NCBI GenBank assembly: GCA_050084515.1
Contig: CM114271.1
Coordinates: 24,366,001 to 24,430,000, forward strand
Source: Blasia pusilla
Lineage: Eukaryota
Direction: 5' to 3'
DNA length: 64,000 nt
Shown piece by piece: positions 14,172-28,672 of the stretch. The position numbers were made by a program, and so were the translations under genes. The notes beneath the pieces were generated by a model. The model did no database searches and was not told the origin of the DNA. It saw only the letters and a list, made by a program, of their open reading frames with translations. Numbering within the stretch: the first letter of the stretch is position 1; each line of letters begins with the position of its first letter.

Positions 14172-16769
14172 AGAGGCACATACAATATTTCAATGGAGAA
14201 TTCAAAAGACTTTAGGTAGTTAAGCGAGGTTGAGCATTACAAATTACTGATGAGTTGCCTATACACAACACATAACTACATATTAAAAAAAATTTATTAG
14301 AAAATGGTCCTTTTCTTCTCCTTACCTCCTCTGCCCTTAGCTTAGATCTCTTCTTCTTTGTTAACTTAACTCCCTTCTTCAAAAGGAAACATGTAAATAG
14401 AAAAGGAGTCATTACAGAATATGCGTCTACAATAGGAGGAGGGATTTTGCAAACTCATCTTCTCTTAAAAGTATAGATTCTTTTTCTTGAAGATAATTTG
14501 TTTCCAAAGAAATTACCTTATTCCAATTTTTCGTTGGAAGGAACGCATGAAACTTGTATAATTTTTCTACGATAGTCTCATATTTGTATGTGGAGCCTTG
14601 CTTGCTTAAGAGTTTTTCTTGGTATTAACAAGAAGAATTGTATTACGAGACTCTAAATATTCCTTGAAGAAGCTAAGAACCCTATTGGGAAGGGATGCAA
14701 TTGGAGGCATGAACCCAAAGAGGTTCTTCTATGGTGTTTCCATGGATTCACTTGAGTTAATAAAGATGTGGTGTATGACGTATGTGTAATTGATATACAT
14801 AAAGAAGAAGCATAGACTTTGAGTACACATGGAGATTATACAAAGCAAGGAAGGAAAGGCTTTCATCTTTAGGGGATGATCAATTGAATAACTTGACTTA
14901 GAAGATCTTTATAAGTTTTGGATAAGTTTGTCCTAAGATCTAGAGTCTACTCTATTGTTGAGACAAATTTTTGAAGAAGCGAGGGGAACATTTGGATGGG
15001 TATATAGAAGAAGAAGAAGTGTGAAAAAAAGTTACTAAATGAGATATATGAAGAGAACAACTTTATGAAGAAGTTGTGGTCCTTTTGGATATAGTATTTC
15101 CAAGTTTTCCATAATGAAAAACTCAAATGAGCAGAATTTATATTTTAATTTGTGACAAAAGTCATGATATCCAACTCTTATGTTTCCAATATAATACAAG
15201 TATACAAAGGTTTCCTATTAATCATATTCATATTATGTGAAGATGGTCATGATTCCTATTTGAAGGTAGAACATACTCCGATATCCTGTATTTATGTACA
15301 ACACTCGCTCAACGATCTAATTCTAAAATCATTCTAACAACAATCTTGCATGCAAGACTCATGTATTTACTTGATTGAGCATAGTTTCTTCATCAAGACT
15401 ATGTTATTTCTCCGATGTCATATTCATCCAATAACAAATTAATGCTACTAGAAAATATATAATGTTCACCAAATCCCGAATTAAATCTTGCAATACCAAT
15501 GAGAAAAATCACATATAGGGACTTTAATCAAAGGATTATAGATATTACCTACACACAATGCATTCCCTCTAACCCAATTCACATTTGTTATTAAGTAAAA
15601 CCAACAAAAAAATCACTTTTTCTATTATAGAGTTGAGAATTCCTCATTTCATGTCCTCACCAAATCTTAGGGGAAAAAGATGTTTTCAAGGCTTAACATA
15701 AGAAATATTTTCTTTCTCATACATCATAAGAAAGAATCCAAAAAAACCCTCCAAAGATAACTCTAGGATGGTAACTTATGCGTACGGGCTATCACATGAT
15801 ATGACTCTATGAACATATCATCCAACAAAAAACGAAAAGAAGGGAATCTATCTGAAATTGTAATGTGGAGGCAACAACAATCCAATTGATCAACTTTACA
15901 TTACCACTTGAGAACAAATTTACTTCCAAAAAACATAGTAACTAATTTGATCGGACATATGATACAATTCATACTGTCTACTAGATATGTTATGACATCA
16001 TATGGATTTGTTACGCATAAAAGAATCATAAAATCATATTATTATAATACATAATTTCCATCTTTCCATGATCACTTAATTACCCTTTATATGATGAACC
16101 CGAAATGGATTTGGGGGTCTTGTTACTTCTTATCCTAACACTCTAATTAAAATCATATCGTGTAACTTGCTAAAATTTGGACCCTTTCTTTCAAGACGTG
16201 CTACTACCCTCTCTTCCAAGATAACCAAACTAGTTTACATCTTTCCATACACTCACATAGTTGACATATTTGTGGTGCAAGAAACTTTGAGAATGAGTTT
16301 TCTAAAATATATAAATGAGAAGGGCACTTTAGGACAAAAAAGAGTTGTTTGTATTACGAAATTGACTTAAAAAAGACTCATCATTATTTTCCAACAAAAA
16401 GCTAACACTCATAATTGAGGGGGATAGTTATTGTCGAGCATCAATAGCGTCGCTTGAAAATTACTATCTCTACTCGTTAGCAAGGTTGCACAAATGGACA
16501 AGTCTTTCCATGGTTTTGACATGAACAAACATTAAAAAAATCCTTCTTATCACACATAATGAGAATTCCCATGCTTATCATGGTTTTTTTTGTAATTGAA
16601 TGAAACTTATACTCTCATGTGGCGAAGTGGAAGCCAAAAACTTGACCAAGTCTAGGGACATAGATTTGTTCACATACAACCTTTCTCTTAAGGGACATAT
16701 GAGCTCATGGTCTTTTGAAGGATTGGAGGAATGTTTAGGAGGTAGGGCTATTCTTATAGTGGTTGACGA

Positions 16770-16961
16770 GTAAAAACCCTAGTTTTCCCGAGTAGTCAAA
16801 TAGTCGGGAGCCGCAGCGGTAGCGCATTCTTGTATGTCAAGTTATCTCCCAGTTCAGGTTCCATCGAAGCTCTTTTGTGAGCGCACGGACGGACTAGGCC
16901 ACTTTGTATCTCTAAGTTTTGTAAAGATTTCATTGATTTCGTCACTTTCTGTTTTCTAACA
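16770..16961 (+). mobile_element. 3' half of an LTR (same family as solo LTR 23807-24227)
   Basis: Near-identical to ~24037-24227. Ends ...TTCTAACA. Confidence 0.85.
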
Positions 16962-19907
16962 ATTGTGTCTACCTGTTATGAAATATATTATGTTTTAGGA
17001 AAGAAAATAATTAAGTTTTGAAGTTTTAATAGTTGAATATTCAATGTGATTTTTTATTTCAAAATATCTTCTCTTTCAAGGATATTTCCAAAAGGTGCCC
17101 CTTTCATTTTTGTATTTTCATTTATCTTATTTTATTAATGAATAAGGAAGGATAAATAGATTCTCCAAAAAAAGACCACTTCAAATAATTATGGAAAATA
17201 TGGAAAATAGTACTATGTATACAACACATCTCCCATGAAAGTAATACAAAAAATCAACCCTTCCTTTTTTAATAAATATGCGTGGAACAAATCAGGAATA
17301 TAGATTATGGATTTGTTGCATGCAAGGAGTTGGTAGAGAAAATTCTTAATTGCAAATTCATCAAGATCTTGGTTGAGGCTATGACTTGAGGAAAAGATCA
17401 AAACCTGAAGAAATAGTTTAACATAATTGAATAGTAAAATATTTAATAAAATAAAGAAAGAGTATCCAAAATGCTCTACATTCAATTCAACTAAAGTAAG
17501 ACCACTTACTTTTGACGTTCACGACAAAGAACCTCCGAAATTAAAGCAACCACATAATACTTGCTGAAAAAAAATGGTCCAAAAATTAAATTGTATGTAC
17601 GATTAAAGCGTAGCTAGCAAGCTTTCTCCATAAAAGCGTATTACCCTATTTAAGGTGTTAATCCGATCCACGAAGGTACGTTATAATCCACCCGACCAGG
17701 TTTTACGAGACATTAGGACATTTTATTAACAATTATTTAAGATGGGCGTTTGGTGTCCGTGTTCCATAATTTATAAAAAAAAATGAGTGATAGATAATCC
17801 AGAAAGGACGCATGAGAAGAAACTCCACCAAGAAGAAGAACAAGCGATACGAAGGCAAAACTTAAAAAGGAAATTTCTAACATTTATTGAGGTAATGTTT
17901 GTTTTTTGGAAAAACGGGCAATAATCATGTTGGTAACTCAGATTTAAGAGGTGTCTAGGTGCTTATCTTTCATATTAGCATGGTTAAGGAAAAGAATGTG
18001 AGGGGTACGGGTTCATAATCTTGTGTTTTTCTCGCAACACTTATGGATGAACGTAATGGATGTGGGTACACACCAATGATTTTTGTTTGGGGTAGGGGGA
18101 GGGATCAGGTTCATAATGCCAGATTAAACATGTGTATGTACTAGGTTTACCCACATAGGAAGTCTTAAAACTTCCCTTATCAAGTGGAGGTACGAAGTAT
18201 GTAATATGTTCATGGGCGACAAGCCGCTATGAACGATAGGAAAATTTGGAGGGAGTAGATATATTCACGTCCGAAGTGCAAGATGGATGGAAAACCCATC
18301 GGGGTACAAAGGAGGGTGGGGGGGTATAGAGAGCCGAAAAACCCGTGGGCCAAAACCGGCCCTAAGAGATTGAAGCACTAACTAAGCACTTCCCCACGCC
18401 TCTCTGATGAATTATTATCTTGTTTTTCCTATGTGTTTAAGGTCTTGTGTGTCTTTATGGTAATCAAGTTTTCTTTTTCAAAATTTGCAATTTCTCACCC
18501 CTTCTACATTATTTTTGATCCTTATGTTCCCATAACCTTCCCAATCATATTATCACATAGGATTCCACATAATTTCTTTCCACTTTTATTTTATGAAGCT
18601 ATTTTTGTAATGAACTTCCTTTTTCGTATTTGTCTTTCTAATACACCTCCCCCAAAGTTTTATTTTAATATACTCACATATTCCATAGATGTGAGGGGGT
18701 TTGGCTAAGAGGCTTTTTGACACATGAGGACAACAATAAGTGAGATTGGGGTGGTTTACAATTTAGGTAGTAAGGAGGATAGACTTCCATGAATTCTTGT
18801 CCACAATGGAAGATATACATGCATCCCATGACAATTCATTTTTTGGTGGATGGAGGCGGTAGGTATCTTTTGAGGTGAGTTCCATCTATCTGGTTACCCT
18901 CATATGTTGCTCCTACAATAGATAAAATGGGATCTCTATTCGGAATATGAATTCCATTTATATTGCAAGGACTATTCAATAATAGGTAAAATTTCAAAGG
19001 TATTCATTTGGACAAATATCACAAAAAATCCTTGATATTCTATCAACCATTCAAGAATTTTCCACTTCAAATATCTATTCATGACTTAGAACTATTTTCA
19101 AACATTTGGAAAAGACACGTGGATCTTCTCTCGTTTCTTGTTTGATATTATCCACACATATAGATTAGCTTTAGGCACGATGGCTGATATACATCAATCA
19201 TCATTATATTGCTATCTATTAATCGTTTAAACTTGATCTTGTAGTCTTGATCAAACCTTGTGTATAATTTTGTTTCCTTCATCTTTTTATTTCAATAATC
19301 CACTAGCAATTTCCAAGGTTTCACTTTCTATCACATCTTAAGGGTCAATAAATCCATCAAAATTGATGATATTCTGAGTAAGTGATGTTGTGTGTGCTAG
19401 AGACTTTTTGATTCCTTCCACTTCATTTGTTTCAAAAAGGTGCTTAACTTGTTAAATAAGGTATACACAACTTATCTACCTATCCAACTTATATACCTTA
19501 TCATATTAGATAGGATATAATTTTGATAATAGGACCATCCTATGGTTTATCAATTCATCATAAACATTCACTCACTTTGTTTCTTAATATAATATATTAT
19601 ATATCATCATCTTTGATGAGAACAACTCCATCATTTGTTGGTTTTTGAATGGGAATATAGAAATAGAAATTAAAATTAAAATTATTGACCCAAAAAAATT
19701 GAAGTTCGTGAGCTAAGATAGGTCAAGACAAGGGCACATCTTAATATAAGTCATAGGCGAAAGAATTTGGAGCTAATCATTTCCTAGAGAATAGGGATGA
19801 ACCGAGAAGGGAAAATTTCCTTCAGGTTAGTTTTTGTTGATGGCGAGTGGGTTGCGAGTCATGAATAGTCAAGATAGGATTTGGTGTCAAAAGATTGGTT
19901 ATGGAAT

Positions 19908-20628
19908 CAAGGTTGCATGTGAACAAAGTCTGTGTCTGCAGACATGTCCATATTTGTGCAAGGTTGCATATGGACAAAGTTCGTCTCCACGGTCATGTCC
20001 ATATCCGTGCAAGGTTGCATGTGCACAAAGTTTGTTTCCGCGGACATATCCATGTCTGTAGAGTTATGTTCTTCCTATAGAAGGGTTTGTCCATATGGGC
20101 CCCATCTCCCCTTGTTTCTCGTCCCTCCTCCACTTTCCTCTATGTTCCACACTTTTCCGTTTCTTTCTCCCTACCCTCTATTCCTTCCCTCTTTATTGCC
20201 CCGCCCTCCCTTACCATGCCTTCCACCATGAGCTATAAGTAAAGTTCCCCCCTCTTGCATTAATCCATGTACGTGGTCGTGTTCAAACTTGTCTGTTCAT
20301 GTCCGTCTTAGGGATAAACTTGTCTATTTTTGTGCAACCATGTGTTCGTGGACTAACGTCTGTCCCATGGAAGGACTTGTCCATATAGGCCCCACCTTCC
20401 CCTTCTTTTTCATTCCTCTGACTTGCCTATGTGTTCCACACTTTTCCGTTTCTTTCTTCCTCCATCTCCACTCCCTCCCCCTTATTGTTCCGTCTGCCCC
20501 CACCTTGCTTTCCATCATAAGCTATAAGTATGGGCCCTACCTTGTGCAATCCAAGTTAGTGGACCTATCTAGACTTGTTTGTCTATCTCCCTCACAGGGG
20601 CATACTTGTTTGGTTTTGTGCAACCATG
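19908..20628. mobile_element. hAT-type non-autonomous element (MITE-like)
   Basis: TIR CAAGGTTGCA...TGCAACCATG. 8-bp TSD TATGGAAT/TATAGAAT (7/8). Left 51-bp unit triplicated (19908, 19959, 20010) and right part duplicated. Related ends at ~6355-6731 and ~16481. Confidence 0.7.
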
Positions 20629-23210
20629 TATAGAATCCAGATGACTCAAATTCCAACTACGTAAAGTTAAGGCATGATTCAAGATGGGTACTTAGGCACA
20701 CGACACAAGGAATATGAAGCCTGAGGCCAAAATGAGCTTAGCCAATCAAGAAAGGTTTGAATAGCCACGTGGCTTATCCAAGTAATTATGTTTCAACTAG
20801 CCTAACGTAGGGTTTGGATTTAGGAGTTGTAATCTATGTTTGGGTTGAGGGCCCAAAGTAGTGGCCCAAGGTGGATATTTAGGATGAGGAGGGGGGAAAG
20901 AAATACCCAAATGTGGATAAAATTATGGCGGATGGAACTTGGAGGCTCCATTTTGAGTTTCATTGCTTAGTTATAATAGGAGATTTTGGTGATTATCAAA
21001 TTCCAATTAAGTTAGAAAGGGAGTTGAGGATGAAGAGTATAATGTCAAAACCCAAGTGTGGGAAGCGAAAAGATGCAAAAAAAAAAAAACTTAACTTGTG
21101 TCTAAAGATTTGAGTCTTAAGAAGGGAGACAACTTGTTAAGATCATGATAGTGGGAGCTCCATTTGGATGGGAAACACGAGGAAGCTCTAAGAGACAAAG
21201 CCTTTTGGGGGACAAGATAGCAAGAGATTTCAAACACCGCAAGTGCAAAGTTCCAAGAAAAAAGCAACCTCTAGTGAACCAAGAATAAAAGGGTGTTATG
21301 TATCTAATGACTGTGATCCTTGAGTAGGAGTGTCCTAAAGTAAAGTAGGAAAATATGAAGAAGGATCGAGCACCACCAATACATATGCATTCAATCATCA
21401 AAAAGAAGAACATAGATTGTGTAAGTGAGATAAAAATCTGAAGATCCTGGTGATTTTACATAAGTTTTGGGTAACAAGTTGAGGGAAGGTCATGAAACTT
21501 AAAGAGCCATTAAAGGAGTATAAGGAAAATAAATTTCAAGTTGGGATACTAATAGCACACAAATTTTCAATAGTCAACATAGAGTAATCTCAAGTTGTGA
21601 TCTATGTTTTAGACATTTGAGAATTGCCTCAACCTAGATGATGAATGTCAAGATGGTGATTCTTAAGAGTACAAAATCATGCCAAGTTCAATGGTGGGGA
21701 AAATTTTATAGCTTAGGTGATAGAAATGTGTTTTTTCCATGTAGGTTTTTCTATAGGCATGCCATAGTAATCTAATTACATCATACAAAGGCTTTTTAGA
21801 GGTTTTCTTGTTGATGATACTTCCACGAGGGTTCTTGAAATAAAAGGTGCAAATTTACGTTTGCAAATTTTGAGGGTTAATCAAGTAAATCATTTCGCAC
21901 AATTGATTACAAATTTCAAAAGAAACTATACATGGGGGTTTCCAATTTTGGGTATGGATAGACATAAAGGATGTGCGAATAAGCATATATCGTCTTGATT
22001 TGTAAGAAGAGAAGACATTCTATCTCTTCCCTATTAGATAAAATTTCTTTCACTATCAAAATTATGGATAATGATGTGAAAGCAAAAAGTCCACATCATT
22101 TTGTAGGTAACTATTAAAAGATTACAGAAATTCTCTTTAGAATGAAAATTACCTTAGGATTTGTTTTTCAAGTGAGATACTACAACTTGTTGAAAATAAC
22201 TATGTAGAAGGATATATCCTAAAAATGGCCAATGCTTTGGAAATTTTTTTATCTAAAGAGGTAGTCTTTCTAAATTTTAAGAATGATCTCTAAAACTAAT
22301 GTAAATTTTAAGATATTAAAGTAAATACTGCAAGTAAAAAATAACACAATAGAGGCATATGAGCAATGTTCTACGAGAATACAAGAGAAGTTACCTAGAA
22401 GTGAAAAGAAAATGACAAAAAAGGGTCAAACCCTTCATATTTCGAATGAAGGAGATATGAAATACTTAATTTTAAGGCTATATGCCAAACTTCTTCTCCA
22501 CACTAGTTGCAAAAGTTCCTTTCCACACAAGTAACTTTAATTGATGTACAAGTTATTTGCTTTAAAGATTCCTAGTTGTCATACTAAAACATTCCTTAAC
22601 TTTCTTATTGTCCCATAAAAAAATTCAAAGTCTATGATGAGAAGATGTCTATAATCTAATTGGAATATTCTAACATTATTAAAATATTTAAAGAATAACT
22701 TATAATACCTAACAATGACTAGTCAAGAGATAAGTACTATTACACGTCGAGAAACAAGTATCATTACACATATGGAAGATTTGCTACATATTGATGACCT
22801 CACGAGAATGATGATCCTCAAGCCACTCTTAATATATTCTCCTCTTATTCTTTTAAATATTAGTGATGTCCCATTAGGATTATCTCATTACGTGTCTGAT
22901 GAATCAATTTCTTACAATCATATGATCCCTTGATATAAGAATACAAAAATAATTTAGAGACTTGTTAAAGTTGTTGGGCCATGACTCTTTTGAGTGTACT
23001 AGGCGATGGGTGTTCTAGCCTTGAAAATAAAATCCTTGTAGAGATGTCAGTCTTCTCTAGGAAAAGTTTTAGCATTTGACGTAATGTCTAGCTAGAGATG
23101 AGGAGATAGCCACATATGATATTATGTGGGATTGTATGTTTTCTATTTCTCAAGAGAATGACTTCCATGTTAGATAAATGTGTCATGTATTTTAGGAAAG
23201 ATGGACAAGA

Positions 23211-24409
23211 TCTAGTAGAGAGCCTTCTCGGATAGACGAGAACAGCCTCAAGAGGTCAAGGATGATCTGTTAAGGCCATGAGTAACCCGAGAGAGCAAGT
23301 TTTCCCTTCGTTTCGGCTCATTTGGAGTCATATAGAGAAAATTACTTTTCGAGTAAGTTTTCATATGAAAATAGTTGACTTTTCACTTTGGGAAGTGACT
23401 CTTGATCGGCTACAGCAGGTCAAGAGCCAAGGAGATGACTTGCAACCATAGGTTACCGTGGAGAGAGTTTGGGATAAGGAAGGGGATATACCTCCAAGAG
23501 AGAGAGTTTGACAGTTCATTCTCTATTTGCAAATCAAGTAGATCTCTCCATCAACAAGGTCTCACAAATGTACACAACTCTCTTGAGAGAGGCTTGGATT
23601 ACATACACAAGGCAAGGAGGACCATAGCTCTGCCGCCTTATGCCAATAGGTTCAACAAAGAGAGAATGAGCTCTCGAGCTCTCTCTCTCTCTCTCTTGGA
23701 GGTTTATCCCGTTCCATCTCCCAAGTTCTCTCCACGATAACCTATGCTTGTAGGTCACCTCCTTGGTTTTTAACCTGTTGTAACGGGTGAAGGACCACTC
23801 CCCAAATGTTGGATTCTCAACATCCACTCCTCTGAGCATCATTAATCTGATCGTCCCCCTTGTATGAGGAGAAGCCTAGATTGATGGTTCCGACATAGAC
23901 GTCGAAAGAATCATAGTAATATGATGTAGGTGGTTTTAGGAGTAGCGTTACTAGGTTTATCTAACCCTATATTGCATCAGGGTGCGGGGCATCCTGGTGC
24001 AAAATTTTTCTATTAATAGAAACGAAGAAAAATAGGTAAAAACCCTAGTTTTCCCGAGTAGTCAAATAGTCGGGAGCCGCAGCGGTAGCGCATTCTCGTA
24101 TGTCGAGTTATCTCCCAGTTCAGGTTCCATCGAAGCTATTCTGTGAGCGCACGGACGGACTAGGCCACTTTGTATCTCTAAGTTTTGTAAAGATTTCAGT
24201 GATTTCGTCACTTTCTGTTTTCTCACACCAAAGTGGAAAATCATCTATACTCAATTTGTAAACTTACCTAAATAGTAAGTTTTTATATATGGCTCCAAAT
24301 GAGCCGAAACAAAGGGGAAACCTGATCTCTCAGATGACATGTGGCCTTAGTAGGTCATCCTTGACCTCAAAAGGTTGTCCTCCACTTCTCGAGAAAGCTC
24401 TCTACTAGA
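23211..24409. repeat. Long imperfect inverted repeat (~300-bp arms), right arm interrupted by a solo LTR
   Basis: 23211-23507 is the diverged reverse complement of 23685-23806 plus 24233-24409. Confidence 0.8.
23807..24227 (+). mobile_element. Solo LTR, 421 bp
   Basis: TG...CA termini. Perfect 5-bp TSD CCAAA (23802-23806 / 24228-24232). Partial copies at 11612 and 16770. Confidence 0.9.
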
Positions 24410-26559
24410 AGTTTTCGATTTCAGACTTCACTAAATCCGTGTTAAGAAACTATCTTATACTCCTACTCTTAGTGGTTTTGTATGTAGCCACTTGGCTAAA
24501 ACGATGTTGTAAACTCGCTAAGCTGTGTTGTTTCTCGCTACCATCTCGACTAATATATAGTCTAGGTCTTATATGAGTATAGTTAAGGAAGTTCTTAGTA
24601 AAGTTTATATGCAAATTTATATCGGATCATACATTTCTCATATAATAGCAGGCTATGAGCTTGAATAAGAATCACAATGGTTTTCATATTGGAATTTTGT
24701 AGGGTTCTAGTTGGAAAATGTAAAAGAGTTATGCTTGTAATCTTCTTGTTTGCATGAATTTATGGGGCACAATAATTAAATCCGTAACATTCACACCTCA
24801 AGCATATGTTCATCAATGCACTATACAGCGATAAACTATCCAACAAAGTGAGAAGTTAGAAAATCAAGCTTGGTCTCGAATTTACTTAATTTTGATAGGA
24901 AAACCTTTCGCTTTAATCGAACATCTTAATATAACTCAAGAAGTGTGGGCATGCATATGTCGTACTCATCCAAATACAAGGTTTTTTTTTTCTATGTATG
25001 ATAAACAGACACCAATGTAGAAATCTACTTTTGGGTTTTCAAAATCACCATAAGATTATTACAAATAATCTTGCATCCGCAAGTTTTCCTATTTTTGATA
25101 TATATCTATTCACCTTTGCTATTAGCAAACTTCCGAATGAGTTGAAGTCTACTATTTAAGTGTTGATGCAAAAAGATAAACCGTTTTCCTACAATTTTCA
25201 AACTTTTCAAGGGCTTTTTTGAATTTCAAAGTCTTTCCAACCTCTTGTTTATTCTTCTAAGACAAGACAATTTTTTGAATGTAAAGAAATTGTTAAAGAT
25301 TATAGCGATGCTACCTTATATTCTTAGAATTTGTGTTTCAAACCTATAAAATAAGGTCATTGTTTAGATATGGGATTTTCTATGTATGAGTTATATATAA
25401 TAAAATGTCAATCAACACTCCACAAGCAATTTAGTTAACCGTAAGTTCATCCAATCTCTAGCATCATTACATGGGATATCTCCACAATCAACATCTACAA
25501 TAGCTACATCGACAAACGATGGTTCAAGGTCTAGATGACATTAATAACCATAATTTCTATGCAAGGTATGCTAAATCTAGACTTGTCATGCAATATATCA
25601 TAGTAAATGAAGAAGGTCGTAAGTGAGAAACGCTCTAGATTTGATTCATAGTGATTTGGAAGAACCAATGAAAACACTCAATTTTGGAAACACACCTTAT
25701 TTATGTACTTCTCTTGACAAGTATAAAAATATTCCTTTGCATGTCTATAGCTATCATAAGAAGTCACATTTATTTTTCTGCAATTCAAAAATTCTAAATC
25801 ATGGTTGAAAAGAGAAATTAGTCTCAATATTTTCATTCTCAAAATAGAGAGAGGTGATGAATACATCGACTCTTGTTTTCAAGTTTTTCTTCATTAACAT
25901 AGATGAAGAGATTTTCCTATGCAGACTAAGAATATTGAAGACTTGATTGTACTCTAAAAGAAAAGGCAAGATATATGCTTATTCATATGCTCTCTTTTTT
26001 TCGGAGAGAAGAAACTATTACAACTACCTATCTTTACAGCACCATACTCAAAATATTTTAACAACACCTTCTAAGGCTTGAAGTGGTCTCAAACCTACTC
26101 TCATAAATCTTTGAGTGTATGGTTCGCAATCATTTGCTCTCATTCTAGTTAAAAGAAGAAGACCAAGAGATTCTAAGCGCGAGTGAAGAATATATATTCC
26201 TTGGTTATCCTTTTGGTTTTAAATGCTATAAAATTTACAAATCCCACTTCAAGACACATTTTTCTCAACAAAGATGTTCTCTTCAATGCAAATACTCCTT
26301 GGCCCTCTCATTTTTTCTTTTGCTTCTCATTCTCAGATTCCATTTGATTATAAAACTTTGGACTATTAATTGTTCCTAAAGCAATAATGACACTTCAAGG
26401 AGACATTGAAATATTGGGAGATCCCCAATCAAGCATTTTACTACAAAAATTATTGAAATAGTGAGAGAGTATTTAGTAAAGATAGGTGCTAAAGCTTTGG
26501 AAAACTCATGGGACATCCAACTACTTATTTTCATCCTAGGCGTTATAAGTATCTAAGTA

Positions 26560-27560
26560 TATGGTGCTCATGCTAGGGGGGACTTAGGAAGCAAGTCTTG
26601 ATTGTGGATGGAAGGAGGAAAGACCTTGGTGTGACTCACCAAAATTGAAATTTAGACTAGCTAGGCACGAGACTAGGAATGGTGGTGGAATTGGCCGTAA
26701 AAGTAATGTTAGGTGAGAACCGTGAGACACTCACATGCGCCTTGAGACTCCTTAGACAAGAAAAAGGTGTATAAGGATAAGCGCAAGGCAAGCAAGATGT
26801 GAGAATTTTGAGCCAAACTCTAAGTCAAGGGTGAAAAGCAATGAATACATGAGTATTCAAGATGGGCGAGATGCCCTAAGAGTTGTGAAAAAATGCAGTG
26901 GACGGAAAGAAAACAACGAGAGGCCAAACGATGGGAGACTGGGAATTAAGATGGGCGCTAGCCATTAGACACATGAAATATGGGTCTAAGTTCCAAGATG
27001 CCTTTAGCGAGTCAAGAGTTTCAAAATCTGAAGAAGCCTCCGCCTAACCATCTTGAGAGATAACTAGTCAAATGAAGGTCCACGGATCGCAACCCATGTT
27101 TGGATTGAGGGTCAAATTAAGGGCTCAAGGGAGACAATGGGGAAGGAGGGGTTTCCATGGAGAGCCAAAAAAATACCCATTTGGGGAGGAGGGGGGGAGA
27201 CACTCTCCCTCCCTACTCGCTCAAGATCATGAAGAAGGAATCAACCTTGATGTGTGTTTGGATGTGTTTCAGATTTGAGTTAAGGCACTATTTTGGACAC
27301 ACCTTAAGGGATTAACCAATGGGCTCTGAAGATAGGTAAGAAACTTAAGGATTGGGTTCAAGTCTTGGGAAAGAGGGTTCCTAGGGAGATGGTATACACT
27401 TGGGGAGGCTTGACTTAATTGCCTCTTGACTACGTTAAGAACGCCCAATCTGTTGAGTCTTTGAGACTTAACCTAAGCTTTTCGATCGCAAAGCTCAAGA
27501 TTAATAGTGTTTCAAGGCAAAGCAAGAAGGAGTAGAGGTTGAGATCTATAGGGCTAGGAA
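26560..27560 (+). repeat. Interspersed LTR-like repeat; second copy at ~34200-34987 + 40257-40500, split by the copia element
   Basis: 26790-27330 resembles 34470-34987, and 27330-27530 resembles 40260-40480. Confidence 0.65.
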
Positions 27561-28672
27561 ATCATCACAAAAATCTATACAAGTATACATTTATGACTAT
27601 GCTTGCTCAAATATTCTTATATGTTCTCCAATTCAATATAATCCAATCACTAGGATAGAAGTTCTTTCTAGTGAGTGAATTATGAGTGAATTACATGTAA
27701 GTTTTTCGCCACTCATTTATGAGCACTTAAAGTTGCAAAAAAAATGTGAGTCATTTACAAGCGCCTTGCAAGCCTTTTATGGTTGAATTATGACTCGATT
27801 ATGAGTGTAAGAAAGAGGAAACTTTAAGACATGTAGTTGTTGCAATTTTCAAGTCCAATACTAGTACAACTCTCGCAAATCACAAATCCGCTAAAAATGT
27901 ATATTGATCTAAGTGTCTCAAAATTTTAAAAAAATACCATTGTGAATCATGGTTAATGCATACATAAGCATTTCAACTATCAAAGTATATTGATATTGTT
28001 GAAAATAATATAGGTCGTCACTGGTGGGAGCATATGTGGGCTTGGATAATATTTTTTAAAGCACACATAACGGGTAGACAAATATGTGACAATATTTCGT
28101 ACCAAATTCCACAAGGTTCTCATAGATATACTTTTGTTGATACAATTTTATTTTTTTGGTGTGCCATGTCTCTTATCACATAAAGTCGTAAGATTAATAA
28201 GTGATGAAGCTCTTCCATGTCAACCATTGCAAAAATGGTTTCAATCTGAATTTAAAATTATTCTTTGTGAATGACATTATCCACTAAAATAGCAAGATAA
28301 TCTCATTCACACTTTTTACATTAGTGAAAAGAGGAGCATGAACAAATTAGTTTTTCATGCTCCTCTTTTCACTAATGTCGTGAGCCTTATAACCAAATGC
28401 ATACCAATGTGAAATATCAAAATCTTGTGGGATTTCATTACGATGGAGACACACCAAAGTCTCATGAGTCAGACATAAGTTGCAGAAGGGAGACACAAGC
28501 CTTGATGGACATCTTAGAAGATGGTGGTTGTAACTTGGAAGAACATAATCAAACATTGTGTGAGAAGAGTTCAAGTCCCACAAGAGTTGGACTCCAAGGA
28601 GACTACAAATCAACTTGGAACTCGACAAAGCGTTCAGGGGTTCTCCAAGTTGTAGGTCATAATTGTTAGATA

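Noticed and set aside
19908-20060. CRISPR-like repeat-spacer look of the 51-bp units
   Set aside because: The 'spacers' are homologous to each other and the context is a eukaryotic TE.
21670-22500. Possible copia gag remnant (KFNGGENF...)
   Set aside because: Too degenerate to delimit or support.
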